A DNA stretch of 48,705 nucleotides, taken from NCBI GenBank assembly GCA_023265925.1, contig JAHFSD010000004.1:1-48705 (forward strand), given 5' to 3'. The translations under genes were made by a program, and so were the position numbers. The notes beneath the pieces are model-generated. The model was not told where the DNA came from. It saw nothing but the letters and a program-made list of their open reading frames with translations, and did no database searches. Position 1 is the stretch's first letter; every line of letters starts with the position of its first letter. The DNA is from an archaeon (lineage in GTDB: Archaea > Nanobdellota > Nanobdellia > Woesearchaeales > GW2011-AR9). Of this stretch, positions 27,461 through 36,114 are shown one piece after another.

Positions 27461-28165
27461 ATGACTAAAGATGAACTGAAAGGTCTTCCACCGGAAGAGC
27501 GGATCAGGCAGCTGAAGGAATTGGAAAAAAAGAAAAAGCAGGAAATTGAGGAAGCGCAGAAACTCATCCGGGAAAGCGAACAGGAGTTGGACGAGCGTCA
27601 GAAGTGGAAGGAGAAAGTGCCGATCCCGGAAGTGGCCAAGGAAGAGCTGGAAGGGCTGAGCGAAGAGGGAAAAGTGCTGCTGAAAGTCCATAAAGGGCTG
27701 AAGGACAAGAAAACAGCGGAAAGTGAAGAAAAAGAAGAAACGGCAGAAGTTCCTGTTTCTCGGCGCGGCCGTCGGGAGTCACTGGAAGAAACGGTTGCAC
27801 AGGAACAGCTCATAGCCCAGCAGGCCCAGAACGTGGAATATGGCCTGCGTCCCGGCCGGCCGTTAGATGTGGATTACACCGCACGGTTGAGCCAGAGGCC
27901 GGTCGAGCAGTTGTATCAGGAAGTGACCGGCATCCGCCGTGAAGCGGAAGAAAAAGGCTACCTCAGCCGGGAAGATGTACGCCGGGCGGAATATCTTACC
28001 GGCGCGATTGAAGAGAAGTTCCGGGCTGCAGATGAAGGGAAATATTCTTTCACGCAGGAAACGGCCCGGGCTGCGTCTCTGACGCAGCAGGTGGGGATGG
28101 AATTGCAGTCCTTGTACAAGAAAGGAATCGAAGTACGGGAAAAGGATTGGTATAAAGGACGATGA
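27461..28165 (+). CDS. Hypothetical charged coiled-coil protein
   Basis: E/K-rich. TTTTATA box at 27431-27437. Confidence 0.75.
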   Translation: MTKDELKGLPPEERIRQLKELEKKKKQEIEEAQKLIRESEQELDERQKWKEKVPIPEVAKEELEGLSEEGKVLLKVHKGLKDKKTAESEEKEETAEVPVSRRGRRESLEETVAQEQLIAQQAQNVEYGLRPGRPLDVDYTARLSQRPVEQLYQEVTGIRREAEEKGYLSREDVRRAEYLTGAIEEKFRAADEGKYSFTQETARAASLTQQVGMELQSLYKKGIEVREKDWYKGR

Positions 28166-28204
28166 CAGAATTTACGGTTCATAAATATTTTTGAGTAGAT
28201 CAGT

Positions 28205-28564
28205 TCAAATCTCAATCACTAATTTATGGTTTCCTTCTTCATGAAGATAGCCTTTCTGAACACTGGTGAGGTTTAACTTTTTAACAATCCTCGTAGGCAG
28301 CCTAATCATAACCGAATTTCCTGTTTTCCAGAATTTAATTTCTTTTCGTTCCACCCCCCATAATCCGGCCTTCTTGAGTTTGTCTTCCACGACCAACATA
28401 GATTCTTCTGGTAAATATTGCGTAAAGCATTTCGTGCATATTTCAACATCCAAAATTCCGCAGTCGATACCGTCCTGTGTTACTCGCTCCTTTTTCCATT
28501 CGATAAATCCGCCACAAGGGCAAGGGATTTTGGCTGGCTGGTTTTTAAGTTTCATCTTCGGCAA
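28205..28564 (-). CDS. Zn-ribbon plus AbrB/MazE-type antitoxin-like regulator
   Basis: CPCGG...CTKC, followed by KTGNSVMIRLP (AbrB motif). Confidence 0.8.
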   Translation of the reverse strand: MPKMKLKNQPAKIPCPCGGFIEWKKERVTQDGIDCGILDVEICTKCFTQYLPEESMLVVEDKLKKAGLWGVERKEIKFWKTGNSVMIRLPTRIVKKLNLTSVQKGYLHEEGNHKLVIEI

Positions 28565-28826
28565 ATAATAAGGTTATGGGGTAAATTTTTTTAAACTGGT
28601 CGAGATTAAATTCACGGTAGACCACTTTATACCACCGATATTCGGCCACGATGCTTCCATCCTCACGGAGTTTCTTTGCTCCGTAAGAAACAGCATCTTT
28701 AATATTGTTAATGCCGATGCCCCGTAGCTGCATTCGGTCAATGATGTGAAACGATCTCTTTTCACTATCGTCCCACTTTTCAGAGGGCAATTTTTTATAG
28801 GCAATATTTATCCGCACCTCTCTCAT
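28545..28826 (-). CDS. DUF4258/RelE-like putative toxin
   Basis: SFHIIDRMQLRGI...I...V..G...KIYPIT. Likely start MREVR at 28826. Overlaps the antitoxin gene. Confidence 0.7.
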   Translation of the reverse strand: MREVRINIAYKKLPSEKWDDSEKRSFHIIDRMQLRGIGINNIKDAVSYGAKKLREDGSIVAEYRWYKVVYREFNLDQFKKIYPITLLFAEDET

Positions 28827-28899
28827 TTTGTATAAAAGCATATAAAAGTATATAAATCTGTCGGTCAACGTTTATATACCTCTACTCTCTTCCTTTCCC

Positions 28900-31014
28900 A
28901 TGGTCGAATTTGGCACGGGCTACCAGATGCCCATGGACCGGGAATACGGGCATTCTACTCCCCATGATAATACCACGAATGACGTTGGAGTAGGCATTGG
29001 CGATTTGGGGCAAAGCTTAGGTCTCGGTCCGGTGCCTAACGTGCATGCCATTCAGGCTAAGCTCCGTCCCGGCATCAAGAAAATGGAGTTTGTGTTTACC
29101 GGTGCGGGGAAAGGTTCCGGGCAGGGACAAACGCCGGAGATGTACGGCAGGAAGCAACGGGCCGCCTTGACGGAAATTGCTGCTGCCAACAAGGTCGATT
29201 TTACCACGCACGCTACCGTTGGAGTGTATGGATTGGCCGGGCAAAATCAGCAGGGAAATTTCTCCAAAGAAAGCAAGAATTTTTCGGTGCAGGAAATCAG
29301 GCGGGCGATTGAATTTGCTTCTGATGTGGGCCAGGGCGGTCCGGTGGTGGTGCATACCGGCGAGTTTCATCGTCCCCTGGTTGATGCGGAATGGAATAAG
29401 CAGGATCCGGAATGGAAAGACAAGTTTCGGATGTATGAAGATGAGGAAGGCCGGACAACGTATCGTGTCGTCGATTCCCGAACGGGTGGGGTTATTCAGG
29501 AAGCAAAGAAAAACCAGAAAGTTGCCCGCCCCGTCTGGAAGCGCTATAATGAAGAGGATGAATATTGGAAGGAAAAAAGCGGCAAGCCGTATCAGGATGA
29601 CAATGGCCAGTGGGTAAATCCCGGCGATTACATTGATTATCTGGGAAATAAAATTGAGCCTGCCCGAAGAATTCCCCAATACGATAAAGAGAGCGGCTCA
29701 TTTAAAGTACAGCAGATGGGCTGGAAAGAAATGGAAGACGAAGCTAAAGAGAAAACGGGGTTGGCGAGGCAGATGTGGAAGCAATGGAAGAGCGGAAAAA
29801 TTGCTGATGACAAGTTTGACCAGTCTCCCTGGATTCGGTTTAAGAATGCAAAATCAGAACAGGAAATTGTCGTTCGGCCGGAAGAAGCGTATATCATTGC
29901 GGCGATGGAAACCAGTGCCGCTAACAGCCGCGGCTGGGCGCTTTATTATGGGGGGAATTATGATGAATATGTCGATAGCATTAAGAAGCTTAAAAAAGCG
30001 AAGGCGTTCTACGAACAGATTGAACAAGCAACTTCTGAAGAAGAGAAATGGAAATTAAAGCAGCAGGCCAAAGCTCTTGCTGGTGGTCTTGTTCCCCTGG
30101 AGGCAGAATTTCCAACAGAAATCATCGATAGAGAATTAAGGCATTTACGGCGGTCAATTGAGCAATCACAGGAAGCAGCCTCTTCCCAGTATTCCCAGGC
30201 GCAGGAGCAGGAAGAGCGGGCAAAATACGTCGAAAGTGCCGAAACCTATGCCTTTCGGGAAGCCTGTGATGCCTATGCCGAATCGGCGATGAACGCGATG
30301 CGTCACAGCGACAAGCTGCAGAAAGAAGGGAAATTAAAAAAGCCTTTGACGATTGCGATGGAAAACCTTTTCCCGGAAAGTTACGGTGCCCATCCCGATG
30401 AAATGATCAAGTTGGTTCACGGCAGCCGGGACCGGATGGTCGAACGGCTGAAGCAGCAGCACGGCATGGCGGAAGAGCAGGCCCGAAAAGAAGCGCGGGA
30501 ACATATTACCTCCACCTTTGACACCGGCCATCTGAACATGTGGCGGAAGTATTGGGTCGCGGATGACAAAAAAAGTATCGCGGAAAATGATGCCGAATAC
30601 AATAAATGGATGCTGGAAAAATTAGGGAAGATGATTGATGCTGATGTCCTGGGCCACGTCCATCTGGACGATAATTACGGCTACCATGACGATCATTTAG
30701 CGCCAGGGGAAGGCAATGCCCCTATTAAAGAGATGGTACAGTTGCTCAAGAAGAAAGGCTATAAGGGCGAGATGATTGTCGAGCCGGGAGCGGATTATAC
30801 GACGGACGTTTCCGGGTTCCACAGCGTGATGAAGACCTGGCGCCTGTTTGGCAGTCCGGTCTACGGCGCCGGCTCGGGCCTCAGTCCGGGAAAAAGAAAC
30901 TGGAACCAGGTTGGCTATGGTTCATTTGGGCAGAACGAGCCGCCCTACTTTGTCTTTGGCGGCTACTCGCCGAGCGAAGAATGGACGCTGTGGAGCAATG
31001 TGCCGCTGGAATAA
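28900..31014 (+). CDS. Xylose isomerase-like/AP endonuclease 2 TIM-barrel protein with a large insertion
   Basis: THA, VVVHTGE, AMENLFP, TFDTGHLN, HVHLDDNYG..DDHLAPGEG, MIVE. A ~330-aa, partly coiled-coil insert lies between VVHTGE and MEN. TTTATATA at 28871-28878. Confidence 0.85.
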   Translation: MVEFGTGYQMPMDREYGHSTPHDNTTNDVGVGIGDLGQSLGLGPVPNVHAIQAKLRPGIKKMEFVFTGAGKGSGQGQTPEMYGRKQRAALTEIAAANKVDFTTHATVGVYGLAGQNQQGNFSKESKNFSVQEIRRAIEFASDVGQGGPVVVHTGEFHRPLVDAEWNKQDPEWKDKFRMYEDEEGRTTYRVVDSRTGGVIQEAKKNQKVARPVWKRYNEEDEYWKEKSGKPYQDDNGQWVNPGDYIDYLGNKIEPARRIPQYDKESGSFKVQQMGWKEMEDEAKEKTGLARQMWKQWKSGKIADDKFDQSPWIRFKNAKSEQEIVVRPEEAYIIAAMETSAANSRGWALYYGGNYDEYVDSIKKLKKAKAFYEQIEQATSEEEKWKLKQQAKALAGGLVPLEAEFPTEIIDRELRHLRRSIEQSQEAASSQYSQAQEQEERAKYVESAETYAFREACDAYAESAMNAMRHSDKLQKEGKLKKPLTIAMENLFPESYGAHPDEMIKLVHGSRDRMVERLKQQHGMAEEQARKEAREHITSTFDTGHLNMWRKYWVADDKKSIAENDAEYNKWMLEKLGKMIDADVLGHVHLDDNYGYHDDHLAPGEGNAPIKEMVQLLKKKGYKGEMIVEPGADYTTDVSGFHSVMKTWRLFGSPVYGAGSGLSPGKRNWNQVGYGSFGQNEPPYFVFGGYSPSEEWTLWSNVPLE

Positions 31015-31243
31015 ATTTACGGTGGTAGGACTTACCTTTCCCCATTAACCTCTCTAACCCACCCTCACCACCACGCCAAGTTGGCCATTCCAACCTCTCC
31101 ATTCCACCAGCCACATCACCGTCAGGCTGTTAAATTCTCCGCCAAAAATTAACAAAAATGGGCAAAAATCAGCTTTACTACTTCAGAGTATTATATACTG
31201 TAGTACCTAAAAGTACTTAAATCCAGGCGGGAGGAGCTAGAAT

Positions 31244-31951
31244 ATGCCCTTTCAACTGTTTTCCACGCCGGGCTGGTTCAGCGGCTGGGACGTGCTGTTT
31301 GAGCTTATTAGCCTGATAGTGGCTTTACTCATTGCTGCCTACAGCTACAAACTCTACCGCTTCAACCAGGAGAGCCGTTATGCCTACTTTGCCTTCGCTT
31401 TCATTCTCGTCGCCCTGGGCTTAGGCTTTAAGATTGTAACTAATATTGTGGTGTATTATACGCCGGTGCGGGACGTGGCTGCTGACGTCTTTCGGCCGTT
31501 AGCTGGGCCACGCCTAAGGTTTTCCTGGATTTTTTATCGTGGTGGCTACTTTCTGCAGATGGTCCCGCTGTTAGGAGCCTGGCTGTTGCTCTACTTCATT
31601 TCCCAGAAACCGCGGCAGCGACTGAAGAAATATGATGAAGTGACCCAGATCGCGCTGTTTGTCTATCTGGTCCTGCTGATTTCCGTCGTGGCCAACCTTA
31701 AATATGTGGTCTTCCACCTGACCAGCATGGTCCTGCTGGGGCTGATTGTCCTGAATTACTACAAGAATTACCTGAATACCACGAATGCCAACACGCTGAA
31801 AGTGATGTATTCCTTCCTGTTCATTTTAGTGGCCAACCTCTTTTTCGTGTTTGTCTTCCTGGCCAAGAACCTTTATGTGGTAGGAGAAATCTTTCAACTC
31901 ATTGGCTTTTTGGGCCTGTTAGTGACCTATAGCAGCACAACCTCAAAATGA
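31244..31951 (+). CDS. Polytopic (~7 TM) membrane protein
   Basis: About seven hydrophobic segments. SD-like GGAGGAG. ATGA-coupled to the wHTH gene. Confidence 0.8.
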   Translation: MPFQLFSTPGWFSGWDVLFELISLIVALLIAAYSYKLYRFNQESRYAYFAFAFILVALGLGFKIVTNIVVYYTPVRDVAADVFRPLAGPRLRFSWIFYRGGYFLQMVPLLGAWLLLYFISQKPRQRLKKYDEVTQIALFVYLVLLISVVANLKYVVFHLTSMVLLGLIVLNYYKNYLNTTNANTLKVMYSFLFILVANLFFVFVFLAKNLYVVGEIFQLIGFLGLLVTYSSTTSK

Positions 31952-32238
31952 GCACACGCCGATCACGCCTGGAATTGGTATTTGACATTTTGATTGCCAT
32001 CCAGAACAAGGGCGGACGCATTAAGCCGACGCACCTGATGTACAAATCGAACCTGTCACACAAGCTGCTCAACAATTATCTGGAAGAATTGGTGGAGAAA
32101 GGCTTAGTGACGGTGGAAGAGGAAATGGTGCGCAAGAAAAAGGCGCCAGTGAAGACCGTGGTGATTAGCGATAAAGGGTTAGGATTTTTATCAGAGTTCC
32201 GCAGGATGAGGGAGTTTACCGATGCCTTTGGGTTGTAG
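31948..32238 (+). CDS. Archaeal winged-helix transcriptional regulator
   Basis: RRSRLELVFDIL...KPTHLMYKSNLS...YLEEL..KGL...ISDKG..FL. Confidence 0.88.
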   Translation: MSTRRSRLELVFDILIAIQNKGGRIKPTHLMYKSNLSHKLLNNYLEELVEKGLVTVEEEMVRKKKAPVKTVVISDKGLGFLSEFRRMREFTDAFGL

Positions 32239-32279
32239 GAAAGCTTAATATATTAGGGCCACTTTAACCAGTTTTTCCC

Positions 32280-32411
32280 ATGATTGAAATAATTCAGATT
32301 TCCCAACTATTGATTAGCCTAAGCCTGCTTATCACTGCTATTAAGAGAGATTTTGTTATCGCGACAATTATGATGGTCCTCTTGTTTGTCATTCTTTTTT
32401 TCATACAGTGA
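32280..32411 (+). CDS. 43-aa hydrophobic microprotein
   Basis: MIEIIQISQLLISLSLLITAIKRDFVIATIMMVLLFVILFFIQ. TATA-like TTAATATAT at ~32245. Confidence 0.5.
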   Translation: MIEIIQISQLLISLSLLITAIKRDFVIATIMMVLLFVILFFIQ

Positions 32412-32474
32412 TACTGCTCAGTAGGTCTCCATTTTTCGTAAACCTTTTAAAGAGACTTCTCCCTAATCCCTGGG

Positions 32475-33152
32475 ATGGAAAAAGCACCAACAGTCATCGT
32501 CGGCATCGATGAAGCTGGCCGCGGCCCGATCATCGGCCCCCTGGTCATGGCGGCGTTAGCCTTCAAAGAAGAAGACCAGCAGAAATTGGAATGGCTGGGC
32601 GTGAAAGACAGTAAACTGCTGAGCGTGGAAACCCGGGGAGAATTGTTTGAACGCATCCGGGAACTCGTGCACGATTTCCGCATTGAAGTGATTGAGCCCG
32701 ATGCCATTGACTTATCGCTGACGGACGAAGGCACCAATCTTAACTGGCTGGAAGCGGACACAACTGCTCGATTGATTTCAGAACTGGATCCGGATCAAGC
32801 CATTGTGGATTGTCCCAGTCCTAATCTTCAGGCCTATAAAGAATACCTCTATGAGCGGTTAAGTGTGGCAGCGCAGAAAAAGGCGAAGTTGGTGGTAGAG
32901 CATAAAGCGGATGTGAATCATATCGTGGTTTCCGCCGCATCGATTATAGCCAAAGTGATCCGGGACCGGCACATTGATCACCTGAAAGCAGAAATTGGGA
33001 TTGACTTTGGCTCGGGCTACCTGCATGATCCCAAGACCAAGGATTTCCTGGAGAAGCATCATGAACAGCATGCGCAGCTGTTCCGCAGGAAATGGCAGCC
33101 GTATAAAGATATCCTGGAAGCGAAGAAGCAGAAAAGGCTGGGGGAGTTTTAA
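32475..33152 (+). CDS. rnhB: Ribonuclease HII
   Basis: GIDEAGRGP, GVKDSK, IVDC, HKAD, AASIIAKV.RD, GSGY, C-terminal PIP-box-like KQKRLGEF. Confidence 0.96.
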   Translation: MEKAPTVIVGIDEAGRGPIIGPLVMAALAFKEEDQQKLEWLGVKDSKLLSVETRGELFERIRELVHDFRIEVIEPDAIDLSLTDEGTNLNWLEADTTARLISELDPDQAIVDCPSPNLQAYKEYLYERLSVAAQKKAKLVVEHKADVNHIVVSAASIIAKVIRDRHIDHLKAEIGIDFGSGYLHDPKTKDFLEKHHEQHAQLFRRKWQPYKDILEAKKQKRLGEF

Positions 33153-33292
33153 ACCAGTCAGGAACGTCGGGATACCCAGCCCAATTTCCTTCCAATTTAA
33201 GAATCATACCACTGAATTACTTAAATCATTGGGGATTACGGGATTGATTTCTCATCGAAACATTTAAATCCTCAGGAGTTTTTCTTTCCAGA

Positions 33293-33490
33293 ATGGAAGA
33301 CCCGGAATATCAAGCTTTTCTTGATTTGGACTTGGGGCCATATAGCGGGGAATGGGTTGCCATCTGCGGGAGCAAAGTAGTCTGCCACGCTAAGAGTTTT
33401 AATGCCGTATTCAAGGAAGCCAAAAAGAAATGTTTACAACAGAGACCGGCGTTTGCGAAAGTTCCGGGAAAGGAAGCGTGGATATTTTAA
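33293..33490 (+). CDS. DUF5678-like small protein
   Basis: YSGEWVAI.G.KVV.H....V..EA....P..KVP. Confidence 0.8.
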   Translation: MEDPEYQAFLDLDLGPYSGEWVAICGSKVVCHAKSFNAVFKEAKKKCLQQRPAFAKVPGKEAWIF

Positions 33491-33491
33491 G

Positions 33492-33592
33492 ATGACTTTT
33501 CATTTTAAGTATAAGACCACATTATCACCTTCGACCGCCAGGAGGAAAATTTCACCTTAAAACGACAGGGAGTTGGATTTTGGGCACTATGA
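33492..33592 (+). pseudogene. Internally deleted aspartic protease remnant
   Basis: MTFHFKYK (start, 1 nt after the DUF5678-like stop) is joined out of frame to HIITFDRQEENFTLKR, which resembles the KVTLDFKKGVISID end of the intact protease at 1592-1975. Confidence 0.55.
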
Positions 33593-34395
33593 CCGTCTTC
33601 ACCGCCGTCACCAAAGAGAATGTAGAAAAGCTCGTCAAAAAAGGCTTCGTCAAAGAGCAAGCTAAAACCATCCATGAACAGCTGCGCCTGCGTAAAGGCG
33701 CTGTGACCATCACTTTGTACACTTCCGGCAAGCTGCTGGTGCAGGGCCGCCCGCCGGAAGTGAAAGAAGTGGCAAAATTCTTAGAGCAGCAGCATATCGG
33801 CGAGAAAGTCCGGCCCGAACTGTTCCGCCAGGAAACCGGCTGGATCATCGGCAGCGATGAATCATTGAAAGGAGATACTTTTGGCGGCCTGGTGGTCGCC
33901 GCCGTCCGAGCCAATGATGAGATGAGGAAACAGTTGCAGGAGTTAGGAGTTGCCGATAGCAAGACACTCAGCGATGAAGAGATACTACCCTTAGCGGAGA
34001 AAATTAAGAAGATTGTTCAGTGTGAAATCAAAAGCATTCTGCCGGAAGAATATAATCATTCCGGTAAGGTTACTGAACTGCTCAATAAGCTCCATAAAGA
34101 CTGCGCCGCTGATCTGGGCGGAGGAAAGCAGGTGGTGGACAAATTTCCCGGCTGTACTGTCGGCGATATTCAGGAAGAAAAAGCGGAATCTAAGTATGTG
34201 GAAGTGGCGGCTGCCTCCATTCTGGCCCGGGCCGCGGCGTTACAGCAGTTGAATTATTTAAGTGCTCTGGCCGGATTTCAGCTGCCCAAAGGCAGCACTC
34301 ATGTACAGCTGGCCCTGATGGCAGTACAAGAGCGGGAGCTGGAGTTCCGAAAATTTGTCAAAATGGAATTTAGGAATGTAAAGGAGTATTTATGA
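33589..34395 (+). CDS. rnhC: Ribonuclease HIII-like protein
   Basis: N-terminal TBP-like segment ITLYTSGKLLVQG; IGSDESLKGDTFGGLVVAAV; GVADSK; VVDKF; KAES...VAAASILAR; LPKGS. Confidence 0.85.
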   Translation: MTVFTAVTKENVEKLVKKGFVKEQAKTIHEQLRLRKGAVTITLYTSGKLLVQGRPPEVKEVAKFLEQQHIGEKVRPELFRQETGWIIGSDESLKGDTFGGLVVAAVRANDEMRKQLQELGVADSKTLSDEEILPLAEKIKKIVQCEIKSILPEEYNHSGKVTELLNKLHKDCAADLGGGKQVVDKFPGCTVGDIQEEKAESKYVEVAAASILARAAALQQLNYLSALAGFQLPKGSTHVQLALMAVQERELEFRKFVKMEFRNVKEYL

Positions 34396-34398
34396 GTC

Positions 34399-34495
34399 TA
34401 TAGTCAATTGCGCTAATTTAGTGACATTGTATCCAGCGCAATTTCCTGATAGACAATTGCGTATCAAAGTAACATAATCAACGCAATTGTCTATA
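34399..34495. mobile_element. ~97-bp MITE-like element with terminal inverted repeats and internal hairpins
   Basis: TATAGTCAATTGCG (34399-412) matches CGCAATTGTCTATA (34482-495) at 13/14. There is a perfect 14-bp inverted repeat at 34449-62/34481-94 and a 9-bp one at 34406-14/34435-43. Confidence 0.55.
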
Positions 34496-34822
34496 TTGCA
34501 GAGAAATCTCAATTTTTCCTTTCCCTACATCGGGATGCAGGCGCACCAATGCTTTCGGTCTGTCAAAGCCAAATACTTTTACTATTTCTCGGGGAAACGT
34601 TATGCCCCAGCTATGGCCAATCCTGATGGGATGTTTGATGTATTCTGATTCTAATCGCTGGGCTTCTAACTGGGCTGCTGCTTTCAGCGCTAAATCTTCC
34701 GTAAAGATCCTCTCCTGGCATTGTGGACACTCCCTCGCTTCTAGCTCCAGATGTTTATAGCGAACTAACGCCCTCTTCATCGGCAGGTTGCAGTTGAAAC
34801 AGAGTCGTTGGTTGGCGGGCAT
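34478..34822 (-). CDS. Zn-ribbon plus AbrB-type antitoxin-like regulator
   Basis: CFNC...CPQC, followed by RIGHSWGITFP. Confidence 0.8.
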   Translation of the reverse strand: MPANQRLCFNCNLPMKRALVRYKHLELEARECPQCQERIFTEDLALKAAAQLEAQRLESEYIKHPIRIGHSWGITFPREIVKVFGFDRPKALVRLHPDVGKGKIEISLQYRQLR

Positions 34823-34824
34823 AG

Positions 34825-35109
34825 TTATTCCCTCCCCTCTTCAATGATTATTGTTCTAATTAATATTTTCATGTATTCCTGATACTCTTTTTCTTGGCCA
34901 ATGACATAAAACGCCACATTATCCTGAAAGTAGTGGTAATAGGTCTTTCCCGTCTTCGACAGATGTTTTCTTTTGGCCAGCCCTCCCCGTTTTACCGTAC
35001 TAAATATTCTCTCGTTGGTTTCAATGTAATTTAGGCCGTATTGTCGGCCCCGCTCTTCTGCTCGTAACAAGGCATGCTCATCAATATCAATGACTTGTGG
35101 CTTCGCCAT
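34825..35109 (-). CDS. DUF4258/RelE-like putative toxin
   Basis: IDEHALLRAEERG...ILIRTII. Directly upstream of the antitoxin-like gene. Confidence 0.65.
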   Translation of the reverse strand: MAKPQVIDIDEHALLRAEERGRQYGLNYIETNERIFSTVKRGGLAKRKHLSKTGKTYYHYFQDNVAFYVIGQEKEYQEYMKILIRTIIIEEGRE

Positions 35110-35303
35110 CTACGATCCTTTTACTGTTAACAGAACGTGGCCAACTATATAAAACTTCTGGTTAAACCTAATGTTAAATATCATCGCCGCGGTTTTCTTT
35201 ACTTACCCTGTCCACATCCACTCATTCGCAAAGAATACTCAAAATAAATTAATAATTTCAAGATTCTCGATACTTTTATAAACTTTCTGCCTCTCCCCGT
35301 TTC

Positions 35304-36101
35304 ATGCCCGAAATGAGCGCAGAACAGCAGCAAGCCCTGCAGGAAAAGCTGAAAAGCATGTCGCCCGAAGAGCTGCGGGAATTTCAGAAGCAGCAGTGCA
35401 TCTTCTGCCAGATTGTCGCGGGACAGGTTCCCGCCAAGAAAGTGTATGAGGACGAGCAGAGCCTCGCCATCATGGACATCAATCCGGCTGTACCGGGCCA
35501 TATCCTGCTGCTGCCCAAGGAACATTACGCGATTATGCCTCAGGTTCCTGAAAAGGAAATCGGGCACTTGTTCCTGGTTTCTAAATATCTCTCTCAAGTC
35601 TTGCTGAAAGTACTGAAAGCAGGCGGCACCAACGTCTTTGTGGCCAATGGCCTGGCGGCCGGGCAGAAAGCACAGCATTTCATTGTCCACGTCATTCCCC
35701 GCAAGGAAGGAGACGGAGTACTGAATTGGGAAGAAAAGTTGCTGGATAACAATATCCGGCTAAAAGTGCAGCAGGTCGTCGAGGGACGATTGAATGAATT
35801 GCTGGGCGTGAAGAAGGAAGTGGTGCGGGCGGAAATGAAAAAGGCGGCAGTTCCTGAAAAGGAAAAAGGGAAAGAACAGGGGAAGGAAGAACCGCTGTCG
35901 GGAAAGGAGGAAAAGGCGGAAGAAGAGAAAGAGGGGGGTGAAAGGGAGAAAGAAGAGGATGAAGCGGAACCGGAAGAGCCGGGTAAGGAAGAACAACCGC
36001 AGGAAGCTGCTGAAAAAGGCAAGAGCAAAAAGCCTGAAAAGAAGCGGGAAGAAAAAGAGGAAGGCATCAGCCTTGACGACATCGCCAAATTATTCACTTA
36101 A
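35304..36101 (+). CDS. HIT-family protein with a degenerate triad and a long charged tail
   Basis: CIFCQIV.G..P..KVYED, DINPA.PGHILLLPKEH, AGQKAQHFIVHVIPR. Confidence 0.9.
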   Translation: MPEMSAEQQQALQEKLKSMSPEELREFQKQQCIFCQIVAGQVPAKKVYEDEQSLAIMDINPAVPGHILLLPKEHYAIMPQVPEKEIGHLFLVSKYLSQVLLKVLKAGGTNVFVANGLAAGQKAQHFIVHVIPRKEGDGVLNWEEKLLDNNIRLKVQQVVEGRLNELLGVKKEVVRAEMKKAAVPEKEKGKEQGKEEPLSGKEEKAEEEKEGGEREKEEDEAEPEEPGKEEQPQEAAEKGKSKKPEKKREEKEEGISLDDIAKLFT

Positions 36102-36114
36102 ACTCACTTAACCC

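Noticed and set aside
31040-31120. C-rich tract (G-rich on the minus strand) after the TIM-barrel gene
   Set aside because: Low complexity, without a regular period or four clean G-runs; no supportable function.
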